Below, piece after piece: positions 33,795 to 44,165 of a stretch of DNA of 64,000 nt (position 1 is its first letter; the number at the start of each line of letters is the position of its first letter). The notes under the pieces are model-generated. The model searched no databases. It was not told the origin of the DNA and was given only the letters and a program-made list of their open reading frames with translations. Made by a program: the position numbers and the translations under genes. This DNA comes from Acidobacteriota bacterium (GTDB lineage Bacteria > Acidobacteriota > UBA6911). The stretch lies in NCBI GenBank assembly GCA_963664705.1, contig OY761556.1, positions 992,001 through 1,056,000 of the forward strand, written 5' to 3'.

Positions 33795-34307
33795 CTAAGC
33801 CTTTGCAGCCGGTGTTTTTTCCGCTTCGCGCCGATATTGCTTGATTACTCTGCGAACCTTCTGAGGAGTAAGCCGTCCATAGGTCTGATCGTCAACCATC
33901 ATTGCCGGCGCCAGGCTGCAACAGCCCAGACACGCAACGACCATGTAGGTGAACAACCCATCCTTCGTGGTCTCGTCGGCTGTCGCGCCGAGTTCGTCGG
34001 CAATAACGTTTCCGATCATCTCCGCCCCGACCACATGGCACGCGGTCCCTTTGCAGAGACGGATAATGTGCCGGCCGAGGGGCTTCAGACGAAACTGCTT
34101 GTAAAAGGTGATAACTCCGTAGATCTCTGCGGTGGGAATCCCTGTAACATCCGCAATCTGCTCGATGGCGGTCGCAGGAACAAAACCGTAGCTGTCCTGC
34201 GCAGCTTGCAAGAGCGGGATGAGCATCCCCGGCTCACCCCGATGCCTCCACAGCATTCTTTCGAATGCGGCCGGGGCAACCCGGCCGCTCTGGCTTTCCT
34301 GAATCAT
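33795..34307 (-). CDS. HydC/NuoE-like [2Fe-2S] subunit
   Basis: LIPLLQAAQ..YG; CKGTAC; CLGCCSLAP. Confidence 0.92.
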   Translation of the reverse strand: MIQESQSGRVAPAAFERMLWRHRGEPGMLIPLLQAAQDSYGFVPATAIEQIADVTGIPTAEIYGVITFYKQFRLKPLGRHIIRLCKGTACHVVGAEMIGNVIADELGATADETTKDGLFTYMVVACLGCCSLAPAMMVDDQTYGRLTPQKVRRVIKQYRREAEKTPAAKA

Positions 34308-34328
34308 GATCTTCCTGCCCCATCACTA

Positions 34329-35330
34329 CTACTTGGATGAGAAGTTCAAACAATTTAGCTGCTTAATACGCAGCACTCCCGGCATTATTCTGATCTCGTT
34401 GCGGATTGTATTCTGGATTTCCTGAGTCGAAATTCCCTGGAGCAAAAGTATTATCTGTTTGCCGCCATCTGCAACATCGCAGTGTACCACATGTTCAGTA
34501 AAATAAAGCTTCATATATAAACTTGAGAGACTGCCGGGGTCGATATCCAGGATCGCATAGGAGGTCGACTTGCGGATATTCCTCATATCCACGGCGTTGC
34601 CGTCCGCCTTGTCCATGGCCCGCGCTTTTTCGTAAACCTGGATAAAGTCCTCCAACTCCTTGGAAATAGAAGGCTTTTCGCAATAGTGGATCTCAAATGT
34701 CTCCACGTCCTTCAGCGATTCTACCTGGGATTGCACGGTCTTCATCAAGGTTTTTCTGTCCTGACCCTGCACCAGCAGGACTATATCCCATTCGCCCAGA
34801 ACCGCATCGCAATAACAAACGCCGTCGCCAAGGTAAAGTTTCGAGTACATGGCCGGGAGATCCGCATCCTTGGTGCCCCGGAGGAAAACCATGGCACTGG
34901 TGAGAACCTGCGGTTGTACGGCTACGCTGGGCCCCGACTTATCTTCCGCTTTCGGCAGGATGTTCTTGATCTGCGTGACAAGATCATCAATCTCAAAGGG
35001 CTTGTCAAGGTAAACGCTTCCCCCATGGCTCTGGACGGTGCTGACAATATCCTCATTGCCAAAGCCCGTAATGACAACGACCGGCATATCGGCATAAATC
35101 GCTTTGATCACAGAGAGAATCTTCAGGCCGTCGACATCAGGCAGGCGGACGTCCAGCACTACACAACCAAACGGATTTTGCTTTGATTCCGCCGCTTTGA
35201 TCTTCGAAAGCGCCGAGAATCCTTCTTCACATTCATCTACTTCATATCCGTGTTGTGCAAGACCAACCATAACCTGCCGGCGCAACGGGGCCTCATCATC
35301 TACGATCAAAACTCTTGGTTGCATTGTCAT
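34329..35330 (-). CDS. Response regulator with two C-terminal Lrp/AsnC-ligand-binding-like repeats
   Basis: REC domain (VLIVDDE, VVLDVRLPD, KP); repeats MYSKLYLGDGVCYCDAVLGEWDIVLLVQG and LYMKLYFTEHVVHCDVADGGKQIILLLQG. Confidence 0.7.
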   Translation of the reverse strand: MTMQPRVLIVDDEAPLRRQVMVGLAQHGYEVDECEEGFSALSKIKAAESKQNPFGCVVLDVRLPDVDGLKILSVIKAIYADMPVVVITGFGNEDIVSTVQSHGGSVYLDKPFEIDDLVTQIKNILPKAEDKSGPSVAVQPQVLTSAMVFLRGTKDADLPAMYSKLYLGDGVCYCDAVLGEWDIVLLVQGQDRKTLMKTVQSQVESLKDVETFEIHYCEKPSISKELEDFIQVYEKARAMDKADGNAVDMRNIRKSTSYAILDIDPGSLSSLYMKLYFTEHVVHCDVADGGKQIILLLQGISTQEIQNTIRNEIRIMPGVLRIKQLNCLNFSSK

Positions 35331-35396
35331 CGCTTTCTCCTTTTGGGGCCGGGTGCATATCCGGCTATAAAGTAAAAATGTTTACACTGCCCTTAT

Positions 35397-35412
35397 TGCA
35401 AGTTGTGTGCCA
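35397..35412 (-). promoter_or_regulatory. Sigma-54 (-24/-12) promoter
   Basis: Minus strand TGGCACACAACTTGCA matches TGGCAC-N5-TTGCA exactly. Confidence 0.85.
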
Positions 35413-35488
35413 AAGGGATGGATTCCGTAAAGTGTAGAAAATAAACGAATAAATAAAAATCGAATCGGTGGGGGAAAGAGAGTGCAAT

Positions 35489-35563
35489 CGTAAGGTTTTT
35501 TAACACTTCTGGCGTAAAACGCTGACAAGGCAGTGGTTAAGTCAGGTGTTAAATTTTTTAGCA
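35489..35563. promoter_or_regulatory. Candidate enhancer (UAS) sites for a sigma-54 activator
   Basis: Related imperfect palindromes CGTAAG-N5-TTAACA (35489-35505) and TGTTAA-N5-TTAGCA (35547-35563), about 80-150 bp upstream of the -24 box. Confidence 0.4.
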
Positions 35564-35583
35564 GTGAACGCTTCCAGATCGCA

Positions 35584-35961
35584 TCAGGCTTCCTGGGATT
35601 CCTGACTCGATCTGAATTCCGGAAGCCACTGCCCCTCTAATCCATTGGCAGCGGCTACCGCCTGAAGCCACGAAAATTCCTTGGGATGAAACTCCCCGTC
35701 GGCCAGGGCAAGTCGAAACGCATCCTTGAGAAAGGATCTTGCTGTTTCCTGATCGGAAAACTTTATGGGTTCGGCCTTGATGTGCGGATTCTTCATCAGG
35801 TCGTCGATGGCGCTTTCGCAAAATCGTTGATCGAAGTCGAGATGCTTCCCATATTGAAGCATCAGCTCCCGTTCGTGTTCACTGATTATCTGATCTTTTC
35901 GGATCAAGACCAGCAACCCCCTGTAGTACGGACCTCGGTCGACAAGCTTTATGGACATCAC
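35584..35961 (-). CDS. TerB-like helical protein
   Basis: Internal repeat LIRKDQIISEHERELM and LALADGEFHPKEFSWL typical of the TerB fold. Confidence 0.6.
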   Translation of the reverse strand: MMSIKLVDRGPYYRGLLVLIRKDQIISEHERELMLQYGKHLDFDQRFCESAIDDLMKNPHIKAEPIKFSDQETARSFLKDAFRLALADGEFHPKEFSWLQAVAAANGLEGQWLPEFRSSQESQEA

Positions 35962-36206
35962 TGATCACCTTTAATTGCTGGCAGGCAGCACGCAACCAAT
36001 CCGGGCTGTCTGACGCCTACTAATAGTCGCCCATCGTTGTGCGATATGCCAGAGCGAATCCGAGTGCATTACTCGGCGTTGCCTGCCAATGGACCCTCAT
36101 GGACTTCAATATGCCGTCCAGAGATCTGCTATATTATTCCGCGGCCAGTCTTTCGATCCGGCGATGGCGGAGGGTTGATGGGAAATTTAAAACGTTGGGA
36201 GTTGCG

Positions 36207-37010
36207 GTGATTATCGACGCGCACACACACATCTATCCGGATACCGTTGCCGAACGGGCGCTGAGCCGGGTTGTCTCCAATATGAACGGGCGACTGGATA
36301 CCTTTACGGATGGGACAATGAACGGCCTTCTTTCCTCGATGGATCATGCCGGGATTGCCACATCCATCGTTCTGACGGTCGCGACCGGTCCGGGACAGGG
36401 CAATGGCATCTTTGAGTGGATTCAACAGGTGGATTCGGTTTCGCAACGGCTGATTTTTTTCGGGTCGGTTCATCCGGAAGATGCCAATTATCGTGATCTG
36501 ATCCGCGATATGAAAGCGTATGGTCTGCGCGGCCTCAAGTTCCATCCCGGTTATCAGGAATTTCCCGTAGACTCCAGAGCCGCCTATGCCGTTTATGAAG
36601 CGGCGGCGAAGCATGACCTCATCATGTATTTCCACTCGGGTTTTGATCCCAGCCTGCCTGAATGCGAATACAGTTCCATCGACCGATTCGCCTCTTTCCT
36701 GCGGGATTTCAGCGGCTGTCGCATCGTGTTGGCTCACGGCGGCGGAATGGGCGAATGGGATAAAGTGCTTGACCTCATGGGGGAACGGCAGTGTTTTTTC
36801 GACATCGCTTTTGTGCTGGAAGAAATGAAAAAGAGTGAGCATGGGAAAGCGCTGTTCAGGCAGAATGAGGACTATTTTATCTTTGGATCCGACAGTCCCT
36901 GGCGCGATCAAAAACGCTATGTCGATCTGATACGGGATTCGGACACCCTGACACCCGCCCAGAAAGAAAAGCTTTTTCACGGAAATGTACAAAGACTGCT
37001 AAATATCTAA
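36207..37010 (+). CDS. Amidohydrolase family (TIM-barrel metallohydrolase)
   Basis: IIDAHTH, GLKFHP, FHSG, VLAHGG and FGSDSPW; GTG start after GGAG. Confidence 0.88.
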   Translation: MIIDAHTHIYPDTVAERALSRVVSNMNGRLDTFTDGTMNGLLSSMDHAGIATSIVLTVATGPGQGNGIFEWIQQVDSVSQRLIFFGSVHPEDANYRDLIRDMKAYGLRGLKFHPGYQEFPVDSRAAYAVYEAAAKHDLIMYFHSGFDPSLPECEYSSIDRFASFLRDFSGCRIVLAHGGGMGEWDKVLDLMGERQCFFDIAFVLEEMKKSEHGKALFRQNEDYFIFGSDSPWRDQKRYVDLIRDSDTLTPAQKEKLFHGNVQRLLNI

Positions 37011-37034
37011 AATAGATAATTCGCGGCAGGCCTT

Positions 37035-37472
37035 TTAGCTTTTTGCTTCGGATTCCGCGACCTGTTTCGTGATTTCCACGATTCCCGCATCTCCATCCAC
37101 GCGGACCCAATCACCGGTTTCAATGACCCTTGTCGGATCTCTGTCCAGGTCTGTAACGGCCGGAACTCTCGTCACGACCGCGCCCAGGGCAATTTTCGTT
37201 GTGGTTTCGCAGAAAACCATGGCGCCGGGTGCGACGCCATTCAGCCGGGCTTCATGGAAGAATGCAGACCAGCCGGAAGAACCCTTGGCTCCCTTGAAGA
37301 CAAGGATTTTGCCGGCGATGCACTGCCCGGCCAATTCGTGGCGCAGATCGACGATGGTACCGGTCATGGGATCGATGCCGCCCCATCCTGAAATGGTTTC
37401 CTGCGTTACCAGCGCTTCGCCCTCAGCGCATCCTCCGAACACCTGTCTTCCTTTGAGAGTAATTTTTTTCAT
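37035..37472 (-). CDS. Aconitase X swivel (small) subunit, DUF126
   Basis: ISGWGGIDPMTGTIVD..HEL.G..IAGKILVF..AKGSSG; ATGA overlap with the large subunit. Confidence 0.88.
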   Translation of the reverse strand: MKKITLKGRQVFGGCAEGEALVTQETISGWGGIDPMTGTIVDLRHELAGQCIAGKILVFKGAKGSSGWSAFFHEARLNGVAPGAMVFCETTTKIALGAVVTRVPAVTDLDRDPTRVIETGDWVRVDGDAGIVEITKQVAESEAKS

Positions 37473-38740
37473 TCCAAGCTCCCATCCCATCTTCCTGTCA
37501 GTGCTGCATGCACGCACTCTTCGGTCGAGCCGAACCATGCTTCGATTCCCGTCATGTTCGGGAGATAATGCGCCTGCTTGGCGGAATCTGTGGCCATGAC
37601 CCGCGCGCCTTTGGGCGTAAATCGTCCAAGGGCAGGGCAGGAATCCCGCATCAGGACTGCGCCGGCATCTTCAATCGTTTTCCGGAAACCGTTGCGTTCC
37701 GCCACATCCTTGAGTGCCTGGGGAACAAATACCCAGAAGGAGACTCCCTTTTTGATGTGCTTTCCTTCAAGCATGCGGCAAAGATCCCACAGTTGATCCA
37801 TCGAATAATGAGGACAGCCCAGCATGACGAAATCAACGTCCGTTTTCCTGCCGATGGAGTTCAGCAATTCGTAGGCGTGAAGCTTTTCTTCCGCCCCGAA
37901 TGTCAGAATTTCGTGCGGTGGCCTGTCCTGGAAAGCCTCCTCAACAGTAGAAGCCTCTGCCGTAAGGCCGGGAATATGAAACATTTCGGTCCCACCCGAC
38001 GAAGCTGCGGCTGCGCCAAAGTGCTTGAGCATGTCCCGGCTGGCTTTAGGATCTTTGATATAGATTACGGGCACTTTGTCCTGAACCTGCCTGCCAACGA
38101 AGTACCCGAGCAATCCCCAATCCACCATGGTCCGGATATCTCCCTCCACCTCGATCAGATGAGTCCCCAGGCGGTGTTCGGGGACGTGATAGCCCCAGTA
38201 GGGGATCTTGCCGGTGAGCATGGCGCATGTAGCGCTTTCCCGCCCTTCGCAATTGGTTCGGGCTCCGAGGACACCGTTGATATAGGCAACGGCGGAGGAT
38301 TCCATCCACACGCAATGCTCTCCCTTAACCGGCACATTTCCGACCAGGTACGGTGCGCAGGTGCAGAGTACCTGTATGCCCATTGCAGCGAGGTAGCGGA
38401 TGTTTTCCAGGTATAAGTCCCGTTCCTCCTCCGTATGGCCGGTCAAGTCAAAGTGATCCGGATCCATGGATGTTTCAAACTGGCACGAAGGGACCTTCAC
38501 CTTGGGGAACTTAACCGGCGTGTCGCTGTCGAGGCACCATTCGGAAAAAACGGCATCCAGGCTTCCAAAGCGTTTGAAGGATCTCAGATCCGTGATCATA
38601 TACCCGCCGACGTTGTTGGTGTCGACGAATGTCTCGGCTCCCAGGGCATCTCCGTATCGAACCAGCAGTTCCATGGCTTTTTGAACCGCCGTCCCGCTTT
38701 TCCCATCCAGCATGGCCTTTTCGTCATCTTTCAAAAGCAT
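37469..38740 (-). CDS. Aconitase X catalytic subunit, DUF521
   Basis: TCAPY, ESSAVAYINGVLGARTN, LGCPH, DSCP and TDSAKQAHY. Confidence 0.9.
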   Translation of the reverse strand: MLLKDDEKAMLDGKSGTAVQKAMELLVRYGDALGAETFVDTNNVGGYMITDLRSFKRFGSLDAVFSEWCLDSDTPVKFPKVKVPSCQFETSMDPDHFDLTGHTEEERDLYLENIRYLAAMGIQVLCTCAPYLVGNVPVKGEHCVWMESSAVAYINGVLGARTNCEGRESATCAMLTGKIPYWGYHVPEHRLGTHLIEVEGDIRTMVDWGLLGYFVGRQVQDKVPVIYIKDPKASRDMLKHFGAAAASSGGTEMFHIPGLTAEASTVEEAFQDRPPHEILTFGAEEKLHAYELLNSIGRKTDVDFVMLGCPHYSMDQLWDLCRMLEGKHIKKGVSFWVFVPQALKDVAERNGFRKTIEDAGAVLMRDSCPALGRFTPKGARVMATDSAKQAHYLPNMTGIEAWFGSTEECVHAALTGRWDGSLE

Positions 38741-38773
38741 TTTTTGCTCCTTAACAACGTCCGTATGACGTTA

Positions 38774-40072
38774 TCAGTCTGTTCGGTCCAGATTGTCGCG
38801 GAGAATCTCCTGCAGTTTCCGCACATCGATGGAATGGACGCTTCCTTCACCGGCCAGAACAAGCGAGTGGGCTGCGGCAGACCCTGTAGCCATGCAGGGG
38901 CCCATGACCCGGACACTTGAAAGAGCAGCGACATCGGCATCGATGCAGCGGCCGCACGTTGCGTAGTTATCTGCTTCAGGAGAAAGCAACGCGGCCAGGG
39001 GGATGTAATGGACATGATTGTCATCAAACACCTCCCAGACATATCCGTCTCCGTGATCGTGCAGCTCCACCGGCCAGGCGGTGCGGGCCACGGCATCTGC
39101 AAAGCGGGTGCCGGAACGCACATCCTCCAGGCCGAGCTGACGGACGCCCGAGATCCACCGCGTCTGGCGTATCCCGGTTTGGGCGTAAACCCGCACGGAA
39201 GCAGCGCGGAAGTTTGCCGGGTATTCACTTTTCAGGAACTCCAAGACACGATCGACCTGATCTTTTCCCGTAATCGAGATTCTGGAGGCGAGAAGCGGAT
39301 CCAGGGGCGTATCGACATGTGTCATGTTTCCATAGGCAACGCCGCCGGGTCGCTGGGGCGTGTAAAAAAGGAGCCCTTTTTTCCTGCTCAGTCCGTAGGC
39401 AGTTGCCCGCTCTGTCATTCGCTGCATCAGCGCCTGCTCGGTGGGCACCGGCGTCGAATAATCGATGTTTTCCAGCAGGAACATAATTGAGCCGTAAATG
39501 GCCCCTTCTTCGGGCATGTTGCAGGTCAGCCCGGCAAGCCAGGCAACCACGGCATCGCCGCTCGCATCCACGTAGCCATCAGCCCGAATAATGACCTCGC
39601 CGTACCGCGTTACCGCCTCCAGCGACAAGATGCGGCGCCCCTCCCGATGCACTTTGCGTACGGTTGCGCCGAGAAGTACCTGGACTCCTGCCTCCAATAC
39701 TTTTTTTTCCGCCCAGCGCAGGAAGAGTGTTTCGTTATAGTAGGGGACAAGGAATGGATTCGCCGGGTTATCGAAAAGCCCGCCGGCATTTCGCAGATCC
39801 TGAAAAAGCTCGTCCGCAATCCGGTGAGTGACCTGGAATCCCCCGGTCCCGTTGGTGAAGAAACCGCAGAATGTCCCGATGCAGCTGCTGAATGTCTGGC
39901 CGCCCAGTTGCGGTTGACTATCCAGGAGAATAACTTTCCGTCCCGCGCGGGCTGCCTCGATGGCCGCGGTAATTCCCGCGATACCCGCTCCAACGACGCA
40001 AATATCCGTCTGAATTTTCCATCCTTTTTCGGAGCCATCGTTTCGGATTTGTTTTGTTCGGGTAGCGTTCAT
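38774..40072 (-). CDS. FAD-dependent oxidoreductase
   Basis: DICVVGAGIAGITAAIEAAR; VDASGDA; GIRQTR; GRCI...RVMGPCMATG. Confidence 0.85.
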   Translation of the reverse strand: MNATRTKQIRNDGSEKGWKIQTDICVVGAGIAGITAAIEAARAGRKVILLDSQPQLGGQTFSSCIGTFCGFFTNGTGGFQVTHRIADELFQDLRNAGGLFDNPANPFLVPYYNETLFLRWAEKKVLEAGVQVLLGATVRKVHREGRRILSLEAVTRYGEVIIRADGYVDASGDAVVAWLAGLTCNMPEEGAIYGSIMFLLENIDYSTPVPTEQALMQRMTERATAYGLSRKKGLLFYTPQRPGGVAYGNMTHVDTPLDPLLASRISITGKDQVDRVLEFLKSEYPANFRAASVRVYAQTGIRQTRWISGVRQLGLEDVRSGTRFADAVARTAWPVELHDHGDGYVWEVFDDNHVHYIPLAALLSPEADNYATCGRCIDADVAALSSVRVMGPCMATGSAAAHSLVLAGEGSVHSIDVRKLQEILRDNLDRTD

Positions 40073-41446
40073 TCAGCGAATCCCTCCTCTCTCTTCGCTG
40101 CTGAGTGCGCCGGCATAGAGCGGCATGAAGTATGTGTCATATTGAAAACCCAAAATGAAACAAAGGACCGCACACACAACAAACGGCAGGGAAGCGAGAT
40201 AGAAAAGCTTCGTCATCTCGATGCCGGTGGAGATCAGAAAGCCTCCGATGACAGGTCCGATAATGGAGCCTGTTCTCGCAACCGCATTGGCAATGCCGGA
40301 ACCCTGCGCCCTGATCTTGTATGGGTACAGGACCGGAACCAGCGCCGTTAAAATAGAATGTCCGCCATTCATGAAAAAGTTATTAATGCAAAGCCACACC
40401 AGAAGCATACTCCCCGTTGCTCCTCCGATCAGTGCCGTAAATCCGATCGTCAAAAGCGGCCAGAAGAATCCCCAGCGAAAACCGGTCCGGTCCAGCCACA
40501 GTCCGATCAGTATGGTCCCGGCTATGCCGAATAATCCGCTGGTCCCAACCATGGAAGAAGCTTCCGAAGCGGTCAGCCCTTTGAGTACGAGCAGTTGAGG
40601 CGACCAATTGACGATGAAGAAAAGCGCGAGAGAACTCGTTAAGTAAAACAGCCAAAGCAGGGGAGTGCACCATGAAAGTCTGCCCGCGAACAATTCCCGG
40701 ATGGATTGCTTTTCCTGCCGGGATGCCGCGGCTGCAATCAAATCGGTGTCCTCATCCACCGTAATCCGGGGATCCACCTGGCGGATAATCCGGATGAGCG
40801 AACGCCGCTCTGCCTGGGTTGTGCCATTCAGGGCCAGCCATCGCGCCGATTCCGGCAGGACGATGACCAGCAGGGCAATGATCGGAAGCGGTACAAAGAA
40901 GCCAATCAGGAATAAGGGCCGCCAGCCATGCATCGGCATGACTGCGGCGGCAACGTAGGATCCGAGGGTCATGCCAACCACAAAGCCTGAGAACATGATC
41001 GTGATGGATTTTGCCCGCGAGGCTCCCGGAGAGTATTCGCTGGTCAGGACCATTGCGACCGGGACGGCTCCGCCAACTCCTACGCCAATCAGGAAACGGA
41101 TGATCAGCAGGTGTGTCAGGGTACTCGAAAAATAGACCAATGCCGTCAAAATGGTAAAAATGGCTGCCCCGGCAATCAGCGTCTTCTTGCGGCCAAATTT
41201 ATCGGAGATAGCGCCAAATAGAATGGCGCCGATCATCCACCCGAAAGTGGCTACCGAAAAGACCGGCCCAAACATGGCTGTGCTGATCCGCCATTCTTTC
41301 ATGATCAGCGGAGCCGCGTTTGACATTATGCCGTAATCAAAGCCGTCCATGAGCATCACGCAAAAGCAGAGCATGATGACCCGGAGCGAAATTCCTCCGA
41401 GTTTTGAATTGTCGAGCAGGATCCCGATATTAATTTCTTTTCGAAT
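40073..41446 (-). CDS. MFS transporter, aromatic acid:H+ symporter-like; start possibly ATT at 41446 (first ATG at 41374)
   Basis: MDGFD; motif A GAISDKFGRK; RFLIGVGVGG; SEYSP; about 12 TM segments. Confidence 0.85.
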   Translation of the reverse strand: MRKEINIGILLDNSKLGGISLRVIMLCFCVMLMDGFDYGIMSNAAPLIMKEWRISTAMFGPVFSVATFGWMIGAILFGAISDKFGRKKTLIAGAAIFTILTALVYFSSTLTHLLIIRFLIGVGVGGAVPVAMVLTSEYSPGASRAKSITIMFSGFVVGMTLGSYVAAAVMPMHGWRPLFLIGFFVPLPIIALLVIVLPESARWLALNGTTQAERRSLIRIIRQVDPRITVDEDTDLIAAAASRQEKQSIRELFAGRLSWCTPLLWLFYLTSSLALFFIVNWSPQLLVLKGLTASEASSMVGTSGLFGIAGTILIGLWLDRTGFRWGFFWPLLTIGFTALIGGATGSMLLVWLCINNFFMNGGHSILTALVPVLYPYKIRAQGSGIANAVARTGSIIGPVIGGFLISTGIEMTKLFYLASLPFVVCAVLCFILGFQYDTYFMPLYAGALSSEERGGIR

Positions 41447-41570
41447 AACCGCCTCCGCTAAATGTGCAACAGAACGAAGGGACTCGTTCTCCGGCTATTC
41501 TAAAACAGACAGTCTATGCCCGGATCGCAAATTTGAGGAAAGGTGTTTGGGCAACAGATCAAAATGCAGC

Positions 41571-42317
41571 TCAGGGTTTGCCGGTTACGCGAATTACCGC
41601 CGTGTGCGCGGACCTGTCGTGAGGCATTCGGCGATTGGGATCCCGCCACAAATCAAGTATCGGAAGCCCCAGGGTTGCCGGAATATGCAGGTAACCGACA
41701 AACCGCTCCAGGCTTTCCCACAAAGACAACCGGTGTCCATCAAGCCTGGCGATGCGAATGCCCAGCATGCGTTTCCCAAGCGTCGCACCTCGGCGGGTCG
41801 AGGAGAAAAGTGAAAAGTAAACGGCTGCCAGGCCGTACAGCGCCAGAAAACGAATTGACCGGGGAATCAGTTTGCTGATTTCAACCCTGATGGTTTTAGG
41901 CTTCGGCGGCGGGGGTTCGAATTCGCCAACTTGCAGCGACAACTCGTATCCATAGTCACGAACAAGCTCGAACGCCTCATCAATTTTCCCCTCCTCCAGG
42001 GCCACTCTGGCTGCACTTGGCATTCCGAGCATTTCATGCCGTGCGAGCAGGGGAAGGACCTTTTTTATGGCTTCCTCTCCTTCTTTTGTGTTGAGCGAAG
42101 TATCAGTCAGAAAGGTTCGCATGCCGGCAAATGCCTGAGGGTCGCTATAAGAGAGTGAAATTGCAGCGGCCCCTGCGGCTAAAAAAAGACTTGGAAAGAA
42201 TATCAGGGCGGTATCGAAAATAAATGCTAATGCTCGGCGCATGGGCGAAGCCAGCCGCGCACCGATCAGTTCCGGTTTTACCTGCAGCGGTTCATTTGAG
42301 AGCGTTCGTGGTTTCAT
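41571..42317 (-). CDS. RDD family membrane protein
   Basis: LASPMRRALAFIFD, GATLGKRMLGIRI and RRMPHDRSAHTAVI. Confidence 0.85.
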   Translation of the reverse strand: MKPRTLSNEPLQVKPELIGARLASPMRRALAFIFDTALIFFPSLFLAAGAAAISLSYSDPQAFAGMRTFLTDTSLNTKEGEEAIKKVLPLLARHEMLGMPSAARVALEEGKIDEAFELVRDYGYELSLQVGEFEPPPPKPKTIRVEISKLIPRSIRFLALYGLAAVYFSLFSSTRRGATLGKRMLGIRIARLDGHRLSLWESLERFVGYLHIPATLGLPILDLWRDPNRRMPHDRSAHTAVIRVTGKP

Positions 42318-42506
42318 GCTGCGTACTATAGCAAATATGATCAAGATCTGCAGCATTGCCGCCTGAATGCAAGCCTCTATCCGGGCCGTGAAAGTCTCTA
42401 AATTTTTCTTTGGAGCAATGGCGCCCATCCCTTTGTTCCGATTCCCCCCGGGCGAGAATGAAACTGGACTGATTCCGGACGGGGAAATGCGTCCTGTTTT
42501 GGGTAT

Positions 42507-42553
42507 TATCCCCTCTTCAGGCAGCTAGCTCAGCGGCAGAGCATCGGTCTTAC
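42507..42553 (+). pseudogene. 5' half fragment of tRNA-Val with part of its leader
   Basis: 42526-42553 is identical over 28 nt to 42925-42952; the CCCCTCTT leader is shared; homology stops in the anticodon loop. Confidence 0.75.
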
Positions 42554-42917
42554 CCTAATCCCACTATGGAGTCAACCCATCGCCGGTCTCTTCGCTCCTC
42601 GCATCACGCCATGGGTCGCCCTGCTGGGCATAGCGCTCGTAGCACATTCATGGTTATATGCAGCCATCGTAACTGTCTTTGTTTTCTTTCATTCCTGGCA
42701 CGGAATACAAAACCTGTGACCATGGCGGATCCCAAACAGGTAAATGTATATGAACCTCTTCTTGTGAGGTTAATTTTGAGGCTGCCTCGCAGGCCGCCCT
42801 CCCTGATTTCCCAGGGGCAATATAGCCGTTTGTTGATTGGTGTTGATTGGAGCGGTGTTCTGATTGATTTTTTGGTCTTCCAAATCCGTCATAAGTTTAG
42901 TAATATCACCCCTCTTT

Positions 42918-44164
<1,247 letters not shown>

Positions 44165-44165
44165 T

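Noticed and set aside
28200-34307. Respiratory complex I NuoEFG, formate dehydrogenase or [FeFe]-hydrogenase
   Set aside because: No other nuo genes, no catalytic Cys/Sec or in-frame TGA, no H-cluster motifs; a GltD-like domain is present instead
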